Under the pieces are notes generated by a model. It was given only the letters and a program-made list of their open reading frames with translations. It was not told the DNA's origin and did no database searches. 64,000 bases of DNA, taken from the NCBI GenBank assembly GCA_951406725.2, contig OX597820.1, forward strand, positions 98,208,001-98,272,000. The letters are read 5' to 3'. The position numbers and the translations under genes are program-made. This stretch comes from Octopus vulgaris (lineage: Eukaryota). Below, piece after piece: positions 29,516 through 43,787 of the stretch. How positions within the stretch are numbered: position 1 is the stretch's first letter; each line of letters opens with the position of its first letter.

Positions 29516-29905
29516 AAGAGTAAAGGGTATCTTCCTTAAGTAGTAAGCAAAATGATTACGGTCTTATAGCCATATAAGGTTAATACGGCAGGGCTCTCGA
29601 AAAGCTTTAAATATACATAGACTAGTCTGTATTTTTATTCTTAACGAGACACATAAATAGCTCAGAGAATACCAATCTACATAGGTGTCAACGAACCAAA
29701 GACGAAGCTCCGACTTTTTAGAAAAGGTAACTAAATCTCCTTCAGATCGCAACCAAATCGACCGGCTACATGTAAGGAAGAACGCAAAAGATAATTCCAC
29801 CAGTATATATGTCTTGAATACGATGAGATGTTCATGACTAGAAAGCTCTTTTTCATACGTCGGCTCTATTAGGGTTGAAATGGGACTAAACAGAATTATC
29901 AACAA

Positions 29906-30418
29906 TCTATATATATAAAACTGTAGTTGTGTGAGTGTCTGTCCCATTCGATTTAGATTCCTAACTACTCCCACATTTTGCGGTGCAGTTTAACCAAATT
30001 CGGGTATCTTATAGTCGGGATTCATATCAAGCTTGTCTGAGTATTAGCGCGCGTCTACGATGAGTCTACGATTTTAAAAATAATTTAACATCATTTTTTA
30101 TTCCATTTTAATGCATAATTTTTCGTGTGTCGATGGCGGCGGAGTTGGCGTCCATGGTCACACCTGCACCTGTTTGCTTCTCCCCCTTCTTCCCTCCCTC
30201 GTGAAGCTGTGGGGAAGGGAGTGTAAGGAAATCAATGTCGTAAAGCGTTGTCAAGGAGACCAGCGTTCTTTTAGAACAACGACTTCATGGCTTGAAGACA
30301 CCAAAACAGAAATGGCTAAGAAAGCCCGAATTGGCATCTATAAGGGAAGTAACTCTCTAAAAATGCTTATATAGTTATTTCCCTTACAAACCCGAGCAAC
30401 GCCGGGCGATACTGCTAG
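29906..30418 (+). mobile_element. non-autonomous Helitron
   Basis: 5' TC (TCTATATATATAAAA) and 3' CTAG preceded by a GC hairpin (CCCGAGCAACGCCGGG). Inserted between A and T with no TSD. Confidence 0.8.
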
Positions 30419-32899
30419 TATTTTATAATTCCTGTTTTTATTGTTTGTATCTAAGCTGTGCATTGGTGTACAACATGGCTATGTTATCAGCAAAGTTGGG
30501 TCAACAACCTAACTTCATTGCCTTCCTTCATCAGGTCATTTCGCTTTTATGTATGTCATCAATGCCTATGGGGAAGGTTTGGAAGTCAAAACATTACATT
30601 ATTCATTCAGATATACATGCATGTAAAACATATATGCGTAGTGCATATATAATATATACAGTATAAATTTGTACATACACACATAGAAACACGCAGATAC
30701 ATTCACTCACACACGCACATACACACATGTATAAACATGTATGTGCATATATATATACGTGTGTATATATGGCCTTGTATCTTGTAAGACAAAATATACT
30801 CTGGCTGGCAATAACGATAAAATCAATTTCTATGTATCACAGCTCGAATCCACGAAGAATAGATTATTTCTGTTCTGGATTGAATACACTTCAGTCGTTC
30901 TTACAGTACATACACACACAGAAAGAAATATTCTACCATACGACAAATCCGATATCTGTGGTTATATGTGATAATTCTCATTAAGTTTTCATTTATAGCA
31001 AATTCCAACTGTATCTATATCATATTATACATCAATATCATAGAATGTAGGTTTATATAAATTTAGATGCATCTTTGTCTCTTTGTTTCCGCACTATTCT
31101 ATTTCTGTGTGTATTAAACTGGGGAACAAACTCATTAATAGCTGTTATTCATTAAATGCATAACAAATCTTTGTTATGCATAGCAAATATTGTCTGTCCT
31201 ATTTCCTCCAATATTGTGTTACATAGCAGCCCAATTTTTCTAAGATAGTAGTGTGTAATACAGACTATATATTTAAAGGGAAATATTTTGTGGGGTCTTT
31301 ATCGTTAATATTGAATCGAATATGTATTCTGATTATATAGTGCAATGTGAGTTGGCTGTTCAGGAAAACATAAATCACAGTGTGATTTATGCTTTACTTT
31401 CAATAGCATAAACAGACCTTATTGCTTACGCTCATATGAATATAGCTAAGTCTGCCTAGCGATATAATGTGGCTTGTGATTCAATTATTTGCTGACGAGG
31501 TCTATTAGGCTAGGAATTTAAGACAGATATCCGTAGCTCTCACCTCGCCCACTAAATAGAGTCGGATATTTGTCCAATGCAAAAATACAGGTCAGTAGTT
31601 TCCCAGGGAGCACCGATGTTATCCAAAGTGATAGGCAACAGTAAATACACGAGCAGAACAATTACTACAAGGCCTTCTTTTCGACCCGCTTACAGTTTCG
31701 CCACTTCACCGTCATTAATTGACATTTTATTTTATTATATCGAACTCGGAACAATGAAAGTCGATGTTGAGCTTGGTATTATTGCATCTCATAATGTAGA
31801 AAATCCTTTCATTACACTTATTACACATACACGTACACACACGCGTACACACATGCATACACACATATATGTGTATCTACGCGTGTATATGTGTGTGTTG
31901 TTTGTTGCGTCACTGAGTAACATACTTAGTCACATTTTGCTCTAGTCTACTCAGGGGAAATTAGCAACTGACGAGTGCTCATGCTGTCCTCTTTTACTCT
32001 TTCTTTCTTTCTTTCTTTCCTTCTTTCTTTCTCTCTCCCTCTCTATCTCTCACTTTCTCGACGTTTCTAGCTGTCACACCATGGGTGTTCCGTTGGGGAA
32101 TGGATTGGGAGGGCCACAAGGCTCGTGATAACATAGGCACCTAAAACAATTAGCGAAAGCATGATACGCGTCTACAAGTCATACTTGCTTACCGATGACG
32201 GTACACACACACACACACACAACACACACACATATACATACATACATGCATACATATGTGTGCGTGTATATATATATATGTTTATATGCATACGTTTATG
32301 TATACGTATGTATGTAATCATGTATGTAAGAAGTAAAAACTTATGATTATGTGGCAAATCAATCTACCTCCCTTCCTTGGTGACTTGTTAACGTTGAAAT
32401 GTTCAATAGGAAATGTTTTATAAATGTTTTAATTTCATGGTCATTGCATTCTCTAGAGTCTATTTTATTTTATTTTCTGACGAGGGTCTTTTGTAGCAAA
32501 GGGAATAACAAATAAGAATTTCTTATATAAAATTCCTGATACAGTATATTTTAATCCTTCCTGAAATTTGAATAAAGGTGATAAAGAAAACATTTACACT
32601 GTATTCTCACTTAATACTATTGTGATACATCCGTGTTATAATGGTTTTACTGGATATGTGATTTAGTGGTGTTTATTACATTATCGTATGGTATATAACA
32701 CCATAACAAGAATTAAATTTCAATTATAATCGACTGGTGATCAGCAGGATTCAGCACCTCAGTTATATTCATTAGTTGTGTGTGTTACCTACGTGGTTTC
32801 GATTCAAGATTAAGTCACAAATTGGTCTCTTATGTATTAATGCATGTACACATGCACATGTATGGACGTGTGTGTGTGTGTGTAAAGATATTCACATAC

Positions 32900-33260
32900 A
32901 CATTCGGGCGTTGGACAGAATAATTTTTATTTAATAATATTTTATATTGGAAATATGAAAAATTCAAAACAGTTCTAGCCCGTGTTCATGTCCAATATAT
33001 ATGCTTTGTACTTCACGATGCAGCCCTCAATTTTCCTTCCCATTTTTTGTAAATATTTATATTTAAATAATTTAAAAGGCATGAACTATCTGATTGTAAA
33101 AGAGGTCATTTTTAGAGCGCGGATCGCTGGTGATTCAGTCACTAAAACTGCTGAATTGCTCAATGTTTTAGAGAGATGTCATTTGTAAAATCATGTTGGC
33201 CTTAAGAAACTAAGATAAAACTAGCCTAGCTCTGGCAAGCATAATTCTGACAGAAGACAG
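32900..33260 (+). mobile_element. Tc1-family transposon relic (N-terminal HTH)
   Basis: Broken frame ELSDCKRGH..ARIAGDSVTKTAELLNV..KHNS matches the typical Tc1 N-terminus. TIR-like gggcgttggacagaataat near 32905. Confidence 0.75.
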
Positions 33261-33888
33261 ATACATAGAACAACCTCGCATTAACTCATATAGATTCATC
33301 TTTTTTACATACTGAGTCATGCTTAATGTGCCTGAGAGTTACTTTTTTTGTTGATAATTGATAACTTTCATTCAGGGGCTATGTATACAATATTTGGTAG
33401 CTGAGAAATATCTAAAATGACTTGACTGACTGTCTCATGGTCCCAGCAGGCAAAAAGGGAAATGCGTTACCCCAGAGGACGGCGACAAAGATGCGCTGGA
33501 ACAGACATTCTGCCTCAGGGGGCTTGCACTTGTGCATAACTATCTCTGCCCCAATAGCGGTAGGCAGGCTATATGGACGGATGGAGTATGGGGAGGAGAA
33601 CACCGGAGTTTCTACTGCCACAGGCCCGACCATAAACCTGATAGAGAGCGATCGAAAAGTTTGCGTGTCTGTGGAATTATCAGCCACACAAATACGTTAA
33701 TTCAAGAGCAAGTTATAAATCATCTACTCTTCGATTCGGGCAGCTGAATCCCGTAAGTGAACGGCAGAGATTCACCGTCATTTGTGTATGTGTGTGTGTG
33801 TGCGTGCGTGCGTGCGTGTGCGTGCGCGCATGCGAATGACATATAGTTAACTCTGAGCTAACATTATACAGTAAAGCAAGCAAGCAAT

Positions 33889-34295
33889 AGGCGCAGATGT
33901 GGCTGTGTGGTAAGTTGCTTGCTAACCAACCACATGGTTCCGGGTTCAGTCCCACTGCGTGGCATCTTGGGCAAGTGTCTTCTACTATAGCCCCGGGCCG
34001 ACTAATGCCTTGTGAGTGGATTTGGTAGACGGAAACTGAAAGAAGCCTGTCGTATATATGTATGTATATGTGTGTGTATGTGTTTGTGTGTTTGTGTTTG
34101 TCCCCCTAGCATTGCTTGACAACCGATGCTGGTGTGTTTACGTCGCCGTCACCTAGCGGTTCGGCAAAAGAGACCGATAGAATAAGTACTGGGCTTACAA
34201 AGAATAAGACCTGGGGTCGATTTGCTCGACGAAAGGTGGTGCTCCAGCATGGCTGCAGTTAAATGACTGAAACAAGTAAAAGAGGAAAAAAGAGT
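33889..34295 (+). mobile_element. SINE family 1, full length
   Basis: Same structure as 28979-29465. Confidence 0.92.
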
Positions 34296-35022
34296 AAGTT
34301 GACTTTAATTAGAAATTAGCGTTGATAATAATTATAAGTAGTGTCCTTGACAATAATAATTACTTATCTTGATATTCACATATATTATTATGAAAGGTAA
34401 GACAAATAATTGATCTTTCAATAAATTTTAGATTTCAAAATCTATTTTAAATCTATTTTAAAACTTAATTTTAAAAATCAATTTGGATTCCGTTGTTCCA
34501 CCAGCCGGTAGATTAATCGTCATTAAAGCTAGTAAATGTTTTGACTATTCATTAAATATTTAATTTAAGTAAATGAAGACATACTTTATATGAAATACAT
34601 TAATCCCCATGTCCCGTATGTCAATATTAATCTGTTTTCCCGTTCAATCAATTATATCGATCTATGCAGTGCGAACCAGTGACTAAATGACAAATGAATC
34701 GGAAAGAACATGAAGAAAATAAAATTAGTCAGTCACTCAACGTATGAGTTTTGTTTCTGTAGTAATATCAATAGTAATGTGAGCAACGTTTGTTGCTGCT
34801 ACAAGTTAGTATTATATTCCCTCGTTTCCATAACCTAGTCAAAACAAAGAGATCTTTTATTACCAAACAAGCTTTCCCTTTATTGTTGGTATTAGTCTTG
34901 TTATTTTAGTATTTTGACCCACTGATTAATTTCAATCACTACAGTCACTATACTGGCCACTTTGCTCTGTAAATATCACCGTTGTCATACTAAGTGAACC
35001 TTATCAGTTATACAAGAAATAG

Positions 35023-35121
<99 letters not shown>

Positions 35122-35125
35122 TATA

Positions 35126-35414
35126 GGAGCATTCCGTCGCTTACGACGACGAGGATTCCAGCTGATACGATCCACGGAATAGTCTGCTCATGAAATTAGC
35201 GTGCAAGTGACTGAGCCATCCACAGACACCGGGACCGCTAACGTAGTTCTCAGGGAGATTCAGCGTGACACAGTATGACAAGGCCAGCCCTTTGAAATAT
35301 ATGTACAACTCATTTTTGCCAGCTGAGTGGCCTGGAGCAACGTGAAATAAAGTGTCTTGCTCAAAGACACAACGCGTCGCCGGGAATCGAATGCCCTAAC
35401 TACTAACCCACGCT

Positions 35415-35415
<1 letters not shown>
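35126..35415 (-). mobile_element. tRNA-derived SINE (family 3 tail, different middle) inserted in (TA)n
   Basis: Reverse complement shares the tail of 63310-63486 (gtcacgctgaat..cctcgtcgtcgtaa.cgacgga.tgct) and contains ttcgattccc..tgagcaagacac. Confidence 0.8.
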
Positions 35416-35472
<57 letters not shown>

Positions 35473-35940
35473 CTAGGGTGTTAGAAACACCTAAATTACT
35501 AGAAATAAGAGCGAAAATTCTATGATGCTGTAGTCTGTTTATTTATCTATAAACACAAGACTTTCTTTATTGTTTCCCATTTGAGCATGTAGTATTATAT
35601 TGACTCGTTATAAATCTAATAATGTGTAATAAGGAGTCGCAGAACACGTATTTTCATCTTGACTCATATCATAAATTTCTTATTAATTCTGCTAATAAAA
35701 TGTTCAACCGTTTAAAACTGTGTTTTGCTTCAATAACCACACACAATTCAACATAGCGACGGGCGAATGTCGCTTAGCATTTCGTCCAGTGTGCTAACGA
35801 TTCTGCCAGCGCGCCGATAACAACAACAACAACAACAGAAACAACAACAACAACAACAGGAACAACAGGAACAACAGGAACAACAACAACAATAATAATA
35901 ATAATAATTATTATAATAATAATAATAATAATAATAATAT

Positions 35941-36448
35941 GCCCTGATACAGTACCAGGCAGTGGCTCTCATGGCTTCTGATCTTAACTGATTGGAAGTG
36001 TTATCATGTACATTTTGTCTTGGTATAAAAAAATGGGCTACAGCAAATATTCTGCTCAATACCACAGATTTGCTTGTCAGTTGTTTGACCTTAATCAGTT
36101 GACCTTGGTGGCTGACGATATGTGCATCTCTGTTCATGAGCTGAAGTAGTGGGGGAGCAAAATAGCCATGTGTTGAGAAGAAGACTTTGGGATTTGGATA
36201 ATTCACCTCTGGAAACATGGGTGTTTCGTTCAACATCCTTAAACAGCCCTCAACCAGGGACCTTTTGAGCGGAATGGGCTACTCGAACTGAAGACAATTC
36301 TAACTGGGTCCCATCTGCAAGGTCATGCTCGCGCACATATGGTTGTGATGCATGTACCTGGTGTACCCTTATCAGTCATGATGGATATACTGGGCTTCGT
36401 ATATTTTACTCCTGTGTCACTTTGATGGCATGCACTGCTTTTTCACTC
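35941..36448 (+). mobile_element. element X, longest copy in window
   Basis: Flanked by (AAT)n on both sides; homologous to 51101-51535. Confidence 0.85.
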
Positions 36449-37030
36449 ACTAATAATAATAATAACGTTTATTTTATAAACACAAAAGCTGGTAAAAGTA
36501 TCGAGGAGGGCACATGACCATACAATATGGGATTGCATAAAACATGTAAACAAGAAAAGAACTAACTAAAGCTAAAACAAATAAAAACTCAAAGAAAATT
36601 TCTAAAATGGGTGAGAATCTTCTGGTGCCTCGTCGTAGAAACCGACATAAAACCTTGGTTAACTTCATCACTAAAGCAAGCGTCATTTTCCAGCAAGTGT
36701 CACTGCTCAACTGATGCACATTCTAACGACCTTGACAGAATGAAATCAAAGTCGGATTCGGCGCAATTTGAACTCAGAAAGTAAAGACAAAAAGAAATTT
36801 CATCTGGTGCGGTAAGGATTCTGTTAGCACGCCGCTTTAAATAGCAACACATGATAATAGGTGCCAGGCAAGATGAACATGCTCAGCCATGCCATGTATT
36901 TATATTTCTGGCAATGTTAGTTATGAGTGTATCCCTAATTCTGGCAATGTTCAACTATGCATGAATCAATATTTCTTGGAATGTTCAGCTATATCTGTAT
37001 GTATATTTCTTGCAATGCTCCGCTCTCTCT

Positions 37031-37110
<80 letters not shown>

Positions 37111-37114
<4 letters not shown>

Positions 37115-37178
37115 GGAGAGTTCACGAAAAAAACAAAAGACGAAGACAGGTGATGTACAAAACAAACAGATGTATTAT
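37111..37178 (-). mobile_element. short fragment in (TA)n, possible Penelope-like pLTR end
   Basis: Layout (aaaaaacaa.a.acg..gac.g..aa.aaa.a..tgtatt) loosely resembles the reverse complement of the 3' part of 61330-61530. Confidence 0.3.
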
Positions 37179-37466
37179 ACATACATATATTAAACTATGG
37201 TTGCAGAACAAAGAAATATAAGGTCATCTACGTAACATTTCATATCTCGAACATTTAATCACATAATGCTTTTTCTTTCATATGGAATGTATATGCATAA
37301 AATCACGGAAGATGAAGCACAACTCATCAATAGAAGCATATAAGAAAAATATAAGAAAAATGTGTGAATACAGTCCATCGCGGTTAAAAGTTAATGATTA
37401 ATAATTTAGCGACTAAAAAATATATAAACATTTTGTTCCTGATAAGAAACAATCACTTCATTATTA

Positions 37467-37513
<47 letters not shown>

Positions 37514-38812
37514 CGTGTGTGTGTGTGTGTGTATCTATATTTCTGACAATGTTATTTATGCGTGAATCTATATTTCTTGAAATGTTCAGCAATACGTTTA
37601 TCTACGATACTGACAACGTTCACCTATATGCATGAAGAGCTTGGCGAAGAAAGGGCTCTGTCGCACTAACTTCCTTACACGATGATAACATCTTCGGTAG
37701 TGTTCCATACAACTTCTTGGATTACAAAGCAATTAACATATACCGTTTGAATTGTCTCGGCCTCATTAACACAAAATTTCAGTGTTAACACTTGAAACGA
37801 TGCATTTAATTTTCATATGTAAATTACTTAATTAGTCAGTCGTATAAAGTTACTTTTTCTGACTCAAATTTCATAACCAGAACCCACCGCCACCACCCTG
37901 AGTCTGTGAAGGCTGTGACATTTTGAAAACCATTTTAATTTGTAAATTATTATTAAGCCTTCTAAATTATAACATTCATAATCCAATTAAGTGTGTGAAA
38001 AAGCATCTTTGCTAAGGCGGAGTAATCACGTAATACACGTAAGCGAAAAAAACGAACTGCATCATTGCAGGTGTTAGGTTAACCGTCATCAGTATAATTG
38101 TATTTAAAGTAGTGAGATTGAAATAAGAGAGAGAGAGAGGGGGGTTGAGGGGGTAAGAGGGAGATACCAGAAAGACAGACAGAGAATAAAATACGAATCA
38201 AATACTGTCGATTGAATCTTTCAGGTTTCTTTAAGCAAGAGAATGTACTGCGCAATTATAATTCCTTGTAGAATATCCTTAATTCTGCTAGCGTTTTAAG
38301 GTCCGATGATGGTGCAAACCTAAAAGACTTCTGCATACCTGAGGGGAAATGCCACCACCACTCTAATTCTGCATTTTAAGTAACTGCTCAACTAATGCAA
38401 CTCCATAACAGTTAATAACGCATTTGATCGATCTCGGAAGCATAAGAAGAAGTTTTAGCCTGTCAAGCAGGATTCGACTTGAACGGAAAACAAATATTGT
38501 TGTGTCTTGTGAAGGTCATTACACTAATAATACAAAAACGAAGAAAACAAATAGAAGTTCTTTAAATGTATCGATACAAAATCTAAATATCTTTGTATGT
38601 ATTTTTGGAAATGGGCAATAATTAAGTTGTAGTAATCAAATTCCCCAACATCATTAAAGTTATTGCGTCTAAGTCACAGTTTGCCGAAATCTGAAATCTC
38701 GCAATACTACACCTGACTAGCACATCCCCTATATAGCCGTATTGCTTGGTAGAAAAATCATATAAAATGTCTCTCGAAATCAAACAGGCCGTAATCTTCA
38801 GAACATGAGAAT

Positions 38813-38935
38813 ACGAGGTGGTATCACAAAGTTCCTAGACTAGTTATGATTAATAAAACACAACCTGTTTACCAAACTTTTAACATCATGTCCTTCAAAA
38901 TAGTTACTTTGAGTACAATACACCGGTCCCAGCGT
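38813..38935. mobile_element. mariner-type terminal fragment
   Basis: TACGAGGTGGTATCACAAAGTTCC-type TIR; related to the reverse complement of 44655-44680. Confidence 0.6.
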
Positions 38936-38966
38936 AACATTTGATATGTATAGTCCAAGATTATAT

Positions 38967-39366
38967 AGGCGCAGAAGTGGCTGTGTGGTAAGTAGCTTGC
39001 TTACCAAACACAGGGTTCTGGGTTCAGTCCCACTGCGTGGTACCTTGGGCAAGTGTCTTCTACTATAGCCTCGGGCCGACCAAAGCATTGTGAGTGGTTT
39101 TGGTTGACGGAAACTGAAAAAAGCCCATTGTATATATGTATATATGTGTGTGTGTGTGTGTGTGTTTGTGTGTCTGTGTTTGTCCCCCTAGCATTGCTTG
39201 ACAACCAATGCTGGTGTGTTTACGTCGCCGTCACTTAGCGGTTCGGTAAAAGCACCCGATAGAATAAGTACTGGGTTTACAAAGAATAAGTCCTGGGGTC
39301 GATTTGCTCGACTAAAGGCGGCGCTCCAGCATACCCGCAGTCAAATGAGTGAAACAAGTAAAAGAG
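38967..39366 (+). mobile_element. SINE family 1, full length
   Basis: Same structure as other copies. Confidence 0.92.
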
Positions 39367-39828
39367 TGTATATGAAAAATAAGAACGTTTGCAAATGAAT
39401 GAAATTAGTGTTGACTTGGAGCTAAGCAAGAATTATTAAATACCCTAAAATATTTAATCTAACTCCCCACCATTCTTTGTTGTCAAAAATTGACAAATAG
39501 CAAAAAAATTGTGTATGAAAGAGGGGTGTAGTCAATTAAACTCAAACATTGGCTAGGATAGGGATATCGTCCACGTTGCGTGGTAATATACATTAAAATA
39601 TTATCATGAATTTATATTTATTTTTAATACATTAACGGCATATTCTAACGTGAATATAAATATCGCTGTTGTATTTGGCCATTGGAGAACAGCTTTCAAT
39701 CAAATGTGTTCACCATATACATGACGATTTATTATTAGAGAATCATCAAGCACCACATGAGTCACTGAAAGCCGACAGCTGTTTATTTGATACATATATT
39801 AGAGAAAACTCACTGTTACATACACACT

Positions 39829-39908
<80 letters not shown>

Positions 39909-40718
39909 TGAGAGCGAGACAGAGAGACAGACAGACAGAAATATCTACTACTTATAATATAAATTTGTTTTCTGTAATTTGGTATCTTCTGTTCTATATA
40001 CATACGAGTCCCCTGGTAAATATCATTGGTTCCATGGTCCCTAATCGACACCAAAATCAACCCTAATTATCAGTGTTTAAGTTTTATATTCAGAAAAAAT
40101 AAAAACTAACGTCCAACCACAGCGGAATTCGACCTCAGAACATAACGGAATGTAACAAATTACTGTAGTCAACCATTAATAACAACAGCAGTCTGTGCCC
40201 ACACAAGTAACTTATAACTTATGCTTACTTCTATTAAAAATACAAACCGCAAATATTTACCACTAAAACTTGAAAGGCTGCGCAAAAGTACATTTATGTA
40301 AAAGAACATGATATGTAAAACTGCATAGAAGTAAAAGTACATATATTGAAATAATTTCTAATTAAAGTAGTTAGAATACAGTTGTTAAAGATGTTTTTTT
40401 TTTTGAGAGTAATAGCATAATGATCCCACTCCAGCCTGGCCTTGAAGATTACTTCGAATCATTATATATGTTAAAAGTCTTCCATTTGTAAATTCTATAT
40501 GCTATTATTATAATGTCAAATCAGATATGGTGGCTTGGTGCTGGCTTATCATGAGTTGTAACTTCTTGTCTCGTGTCCGACAGATTGCCACATCGTAATT
40601 CGTTTTCATTGAAAGGTATGCTAAACGGCTGAAGCATGGAACGCCAAGCTTAGAAAGCGTTCCGTACATACATACATACATACATACATACATACATACA
40701 TACATACATACATGTATG

Positions 40719-40752
<34 letters not shown>

Positions 40753-40796
40753 TGTAGTAGGATTCCGAGTTAGAAGGCGGCGAGCTGGCAGAATCG

Positions 40797-41180
40797 TCCC
40801 TGGCGATTAACCTGATTGATATGGAGTGATCGTTGTCAATCACGGCCTGAATCTCACCAACAAATTCAGGAGTTCTTTTTTTTATCAGAACGATCAGAGT
40901 GAGTTTTCTGAGCTGCCGTGCCTTCGTAAATCCCATTAGACTCATTCTACTCTTCCTGAATCCTCTGCACTGTGCTCAGATTGTCGACCTAACACTCCGA
41001 AATGCTCGTATTGGAGCTTTCGACGCGAATGCTAGGCATGTCGTTTCCAAAATGCTGGCAGGGTGAATTGGGTCATAGTGCTGCTTTTCTCACAGACAGT
41101 GCGTAACTGACCCTGCTATACTGAGTAGTTGTGAAAATCAAAAACAAACAATGGCGACAATTTACCCATTGCACCCTATA
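40797..41180 (-). mobile_element. Tc1/mariner transposase 5' relic
   Basis: Minus frames give ..NLSTVQRI..KTHSDRSDKKRTPEFVGEIQAVIDNDHSISIRLIARD (HTH). Terminus TATAGGGTG at 41172-41180. Confidence 0.75.
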
Positions 41181-41184
41181 CTCT

Positions 41185-41601
41185 CGTTTTCTCTTTTACT
41201 TGCTTCACTCATTTGACTGCGGCCATGCTGGAGCACCACCTTTAGTCGAGCAAATCGACTCCAGGACATTCTTTGTAAGCCTAGTACTTATTCTCTCAGG
41301 CTCTTTTCCCGAAGCGCTAAGTTACAGGGACGTAAACAGTATCGGTTGTCAAGGGATGCTGGGGGAAAACACAGACACACAAACATACACACACACACAC
41401 ACATACACATACACACATATATATATATATACACACATATACGACGGGGTTCTTACAGTTTCCGTCTACCATGTCCACTCACAAGGCTTTGGTCGGCCCG
41501 AGGCTATAGTAGAAGACACTTGCCCAAGGTACTATGCAGTGGGACTGAACCCGAAACCATGTGGTTGATAAACAAGCTACTTACCACACAGCCACTCCTG
41601 C

Positions 41602-41605
<4 letters not shown>
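41185..41605 (-). mobile_element. SINE family 1, full length
   Basis: Reverse complement of the family consensus seen in this window. Confidence 0.9.
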
Positions 41606-41684
<79 letters not shown>

Positions 41685-42520
41685 GGAGTTGAACGAAGAT
41701 GTTAATAGAATTCCTTTACTTCCGACATATGTTTCGAAGACAACATGGTTTTATTCCGAAGGAATAAACGGTGTAAGATGCAATCTTCTCATCAGGAAAG
41801 AAAGAGAGCCTCTCTCAACAACATGACAATATAATAATTACGATGACTGCCTACATGATTAACAAAACGTTAATAAGTGTTTAAAAAAACAGTTAGTAGA
41901 ATTGACGTCAAAGTTAGATAGTAGGAATAGAAGGGTTAAAGGAATGATAAATAGGGAACAAATAGAGAGGGGGGTGTACGTTGATTAAAAGAATGTTCAA
42001 AGGCTTAGGAAAGGATTTCTCTATTGAAGTGAAGTGCACGATAAACTAATTGTTCAAACTATAATGACTATCGAAATCATTTATATGAGTAAAAAGTATG
42101 TTTCTGCCAGTGTTTACATTTGTACGATTTTCCTATAAGTGTGTTTACATTTGTACGATTTCTCTATAAGTGTGTTTAGAAGGGGATCCTTAGAAAAGAG
42201 AATATGGAAGAGTTCAGAGTTGCAAATGTTACAAAATCTCCTGCCCTTATCAAAAGGAAAGGATACAGACAGTATGAATCAATATTGTTGTCTTTAAGAC
42301 GCCAAACTAATTTACTTAGCCCTGTACTGTGCCATTTTTTACAATCCCTAAATGATGAATAATCGCTTGAAATTTTCTTGGATAACTGGGAAGTGGACGC
42401 ACCTATATAGAAGAAGACATCGGTAGCGGAAGAAATTTTACACTGGTATATAGAATTCTTAATCTTAGAATTATTAGACAAAAATTTAATTCTGTTGGGG
42501 TTGTCCTCAGAGATCGAAAC
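41685..42520 (-). mobile_element. Penelope-like element 3' remnant (GIY-YIG endonuclease + pLTR)
   Basis: ORF 42176-42481: KIKNSIYQCKI..FYIGASTSQL..SSFR....STGLSKLVWRLKDNNI, then LNT..KCKH (duplicated ~33 bp at 42108-42175). Hammerhead lies downstream. Confidence 0.85.
41719..41800 (-). ncRNA. type I hammerhead ribozyme (Penelope-associated)
   Basis: Minus strand: CUUUC-CUGAUGA-GAAGA...UCUUC-GAAA-CAUAUG-UC-GGAAG. All core residues are present and stems I, II and III pair. Lies downstream of a GIY-YIG fragment on the same strand. Confidence 0.8.
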
Positions 42521-42640
42521 GAAGTTTTTATTGCTATGATTATTGTTATTATTATTATTACCACCATTAATAACACTATTCCTATTATTATTAGTATTAT
42601 TATTGTTAATACAACTAATAATACTATCAATAATAATACC

Positions 42641-42702
<62 letters not shown>

Positions 42703-42939
42703 CATAAAATAATTAATTATTATTATTATTATTATTATTATTATCATTATTATCACCATCACTATTACCATTACTATTATTATTAATATTATTCTTATCA
42801 GGGTGGAATTATGCCTACCTGATCTACAAAAAATATAACATTTAGCATTTTATGCATAGTAAAGAGACTTAACTTCACAATTGCCAAAGATGAAAATGTA
42901 GCTATCGATCTATTTTATTCAAATTAGGCACATCTCTGA

Positions 42940-43000
<61 letters not shown>

Positions 43001-43096
43001 GCACACACATAGACATTCTTATATACACATACATTACTAAATATATATAAATACATACATATACATGTATTTAGATATGTTCACGCATATATATAC

Positions 43097-43186
<90 letters not shown>

Positions 43187-43787
43187 CGTAGTATGCATGT
43201 ATAAAGTACGAGATTACTAGTAATGTAAAAACTACATTGCACTCTATCACATTACACTGCTACACTAATGTTCATTATCTTACACCGTGAAAGGAAACAG
43301 ACGAAAGTAAAAAGAAATGCAACTGCACTACCTTAAAGTTGGCATGTCTAAGTATTTCTTCTATATTCCATAAAAGGAGGATAAAAACCACAAAACTGTA
43401 ACCACAGTATAAAAAAAGCTAACTGTATAAGAATTGCAAAAAAAAATTACGGAAAAAATAAAAAATGAAAATGTGCAACACACTTTAAATTATACTCATC
43501 CATTATTTTTTTCTTCCGAGTCTATTGTTAATAACGATTTTATAATATTTGTTTTATTATTTGCTCTATAATAGACAGGCAAAAAAGGAAAATGTCTTCT
43601 CATCTATAAATATATGTGAATTTAATGTGCAAAATGTCACCGAGTAAGAGGTGCATATACGTGAGCATACTCATTAACACACTGTACACTACACACACAC
43701 ACACACATTCTTATATACATATAATGTACTAAATATATATAAATACATACATATATATGCATTTAAATATGTTCACACATATATGTA

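Noticed and set aside
36465-36720. Possible minus-strand LINE 3' end
   Set aside because: An AATAAA is present but there is no convincing protein motif.
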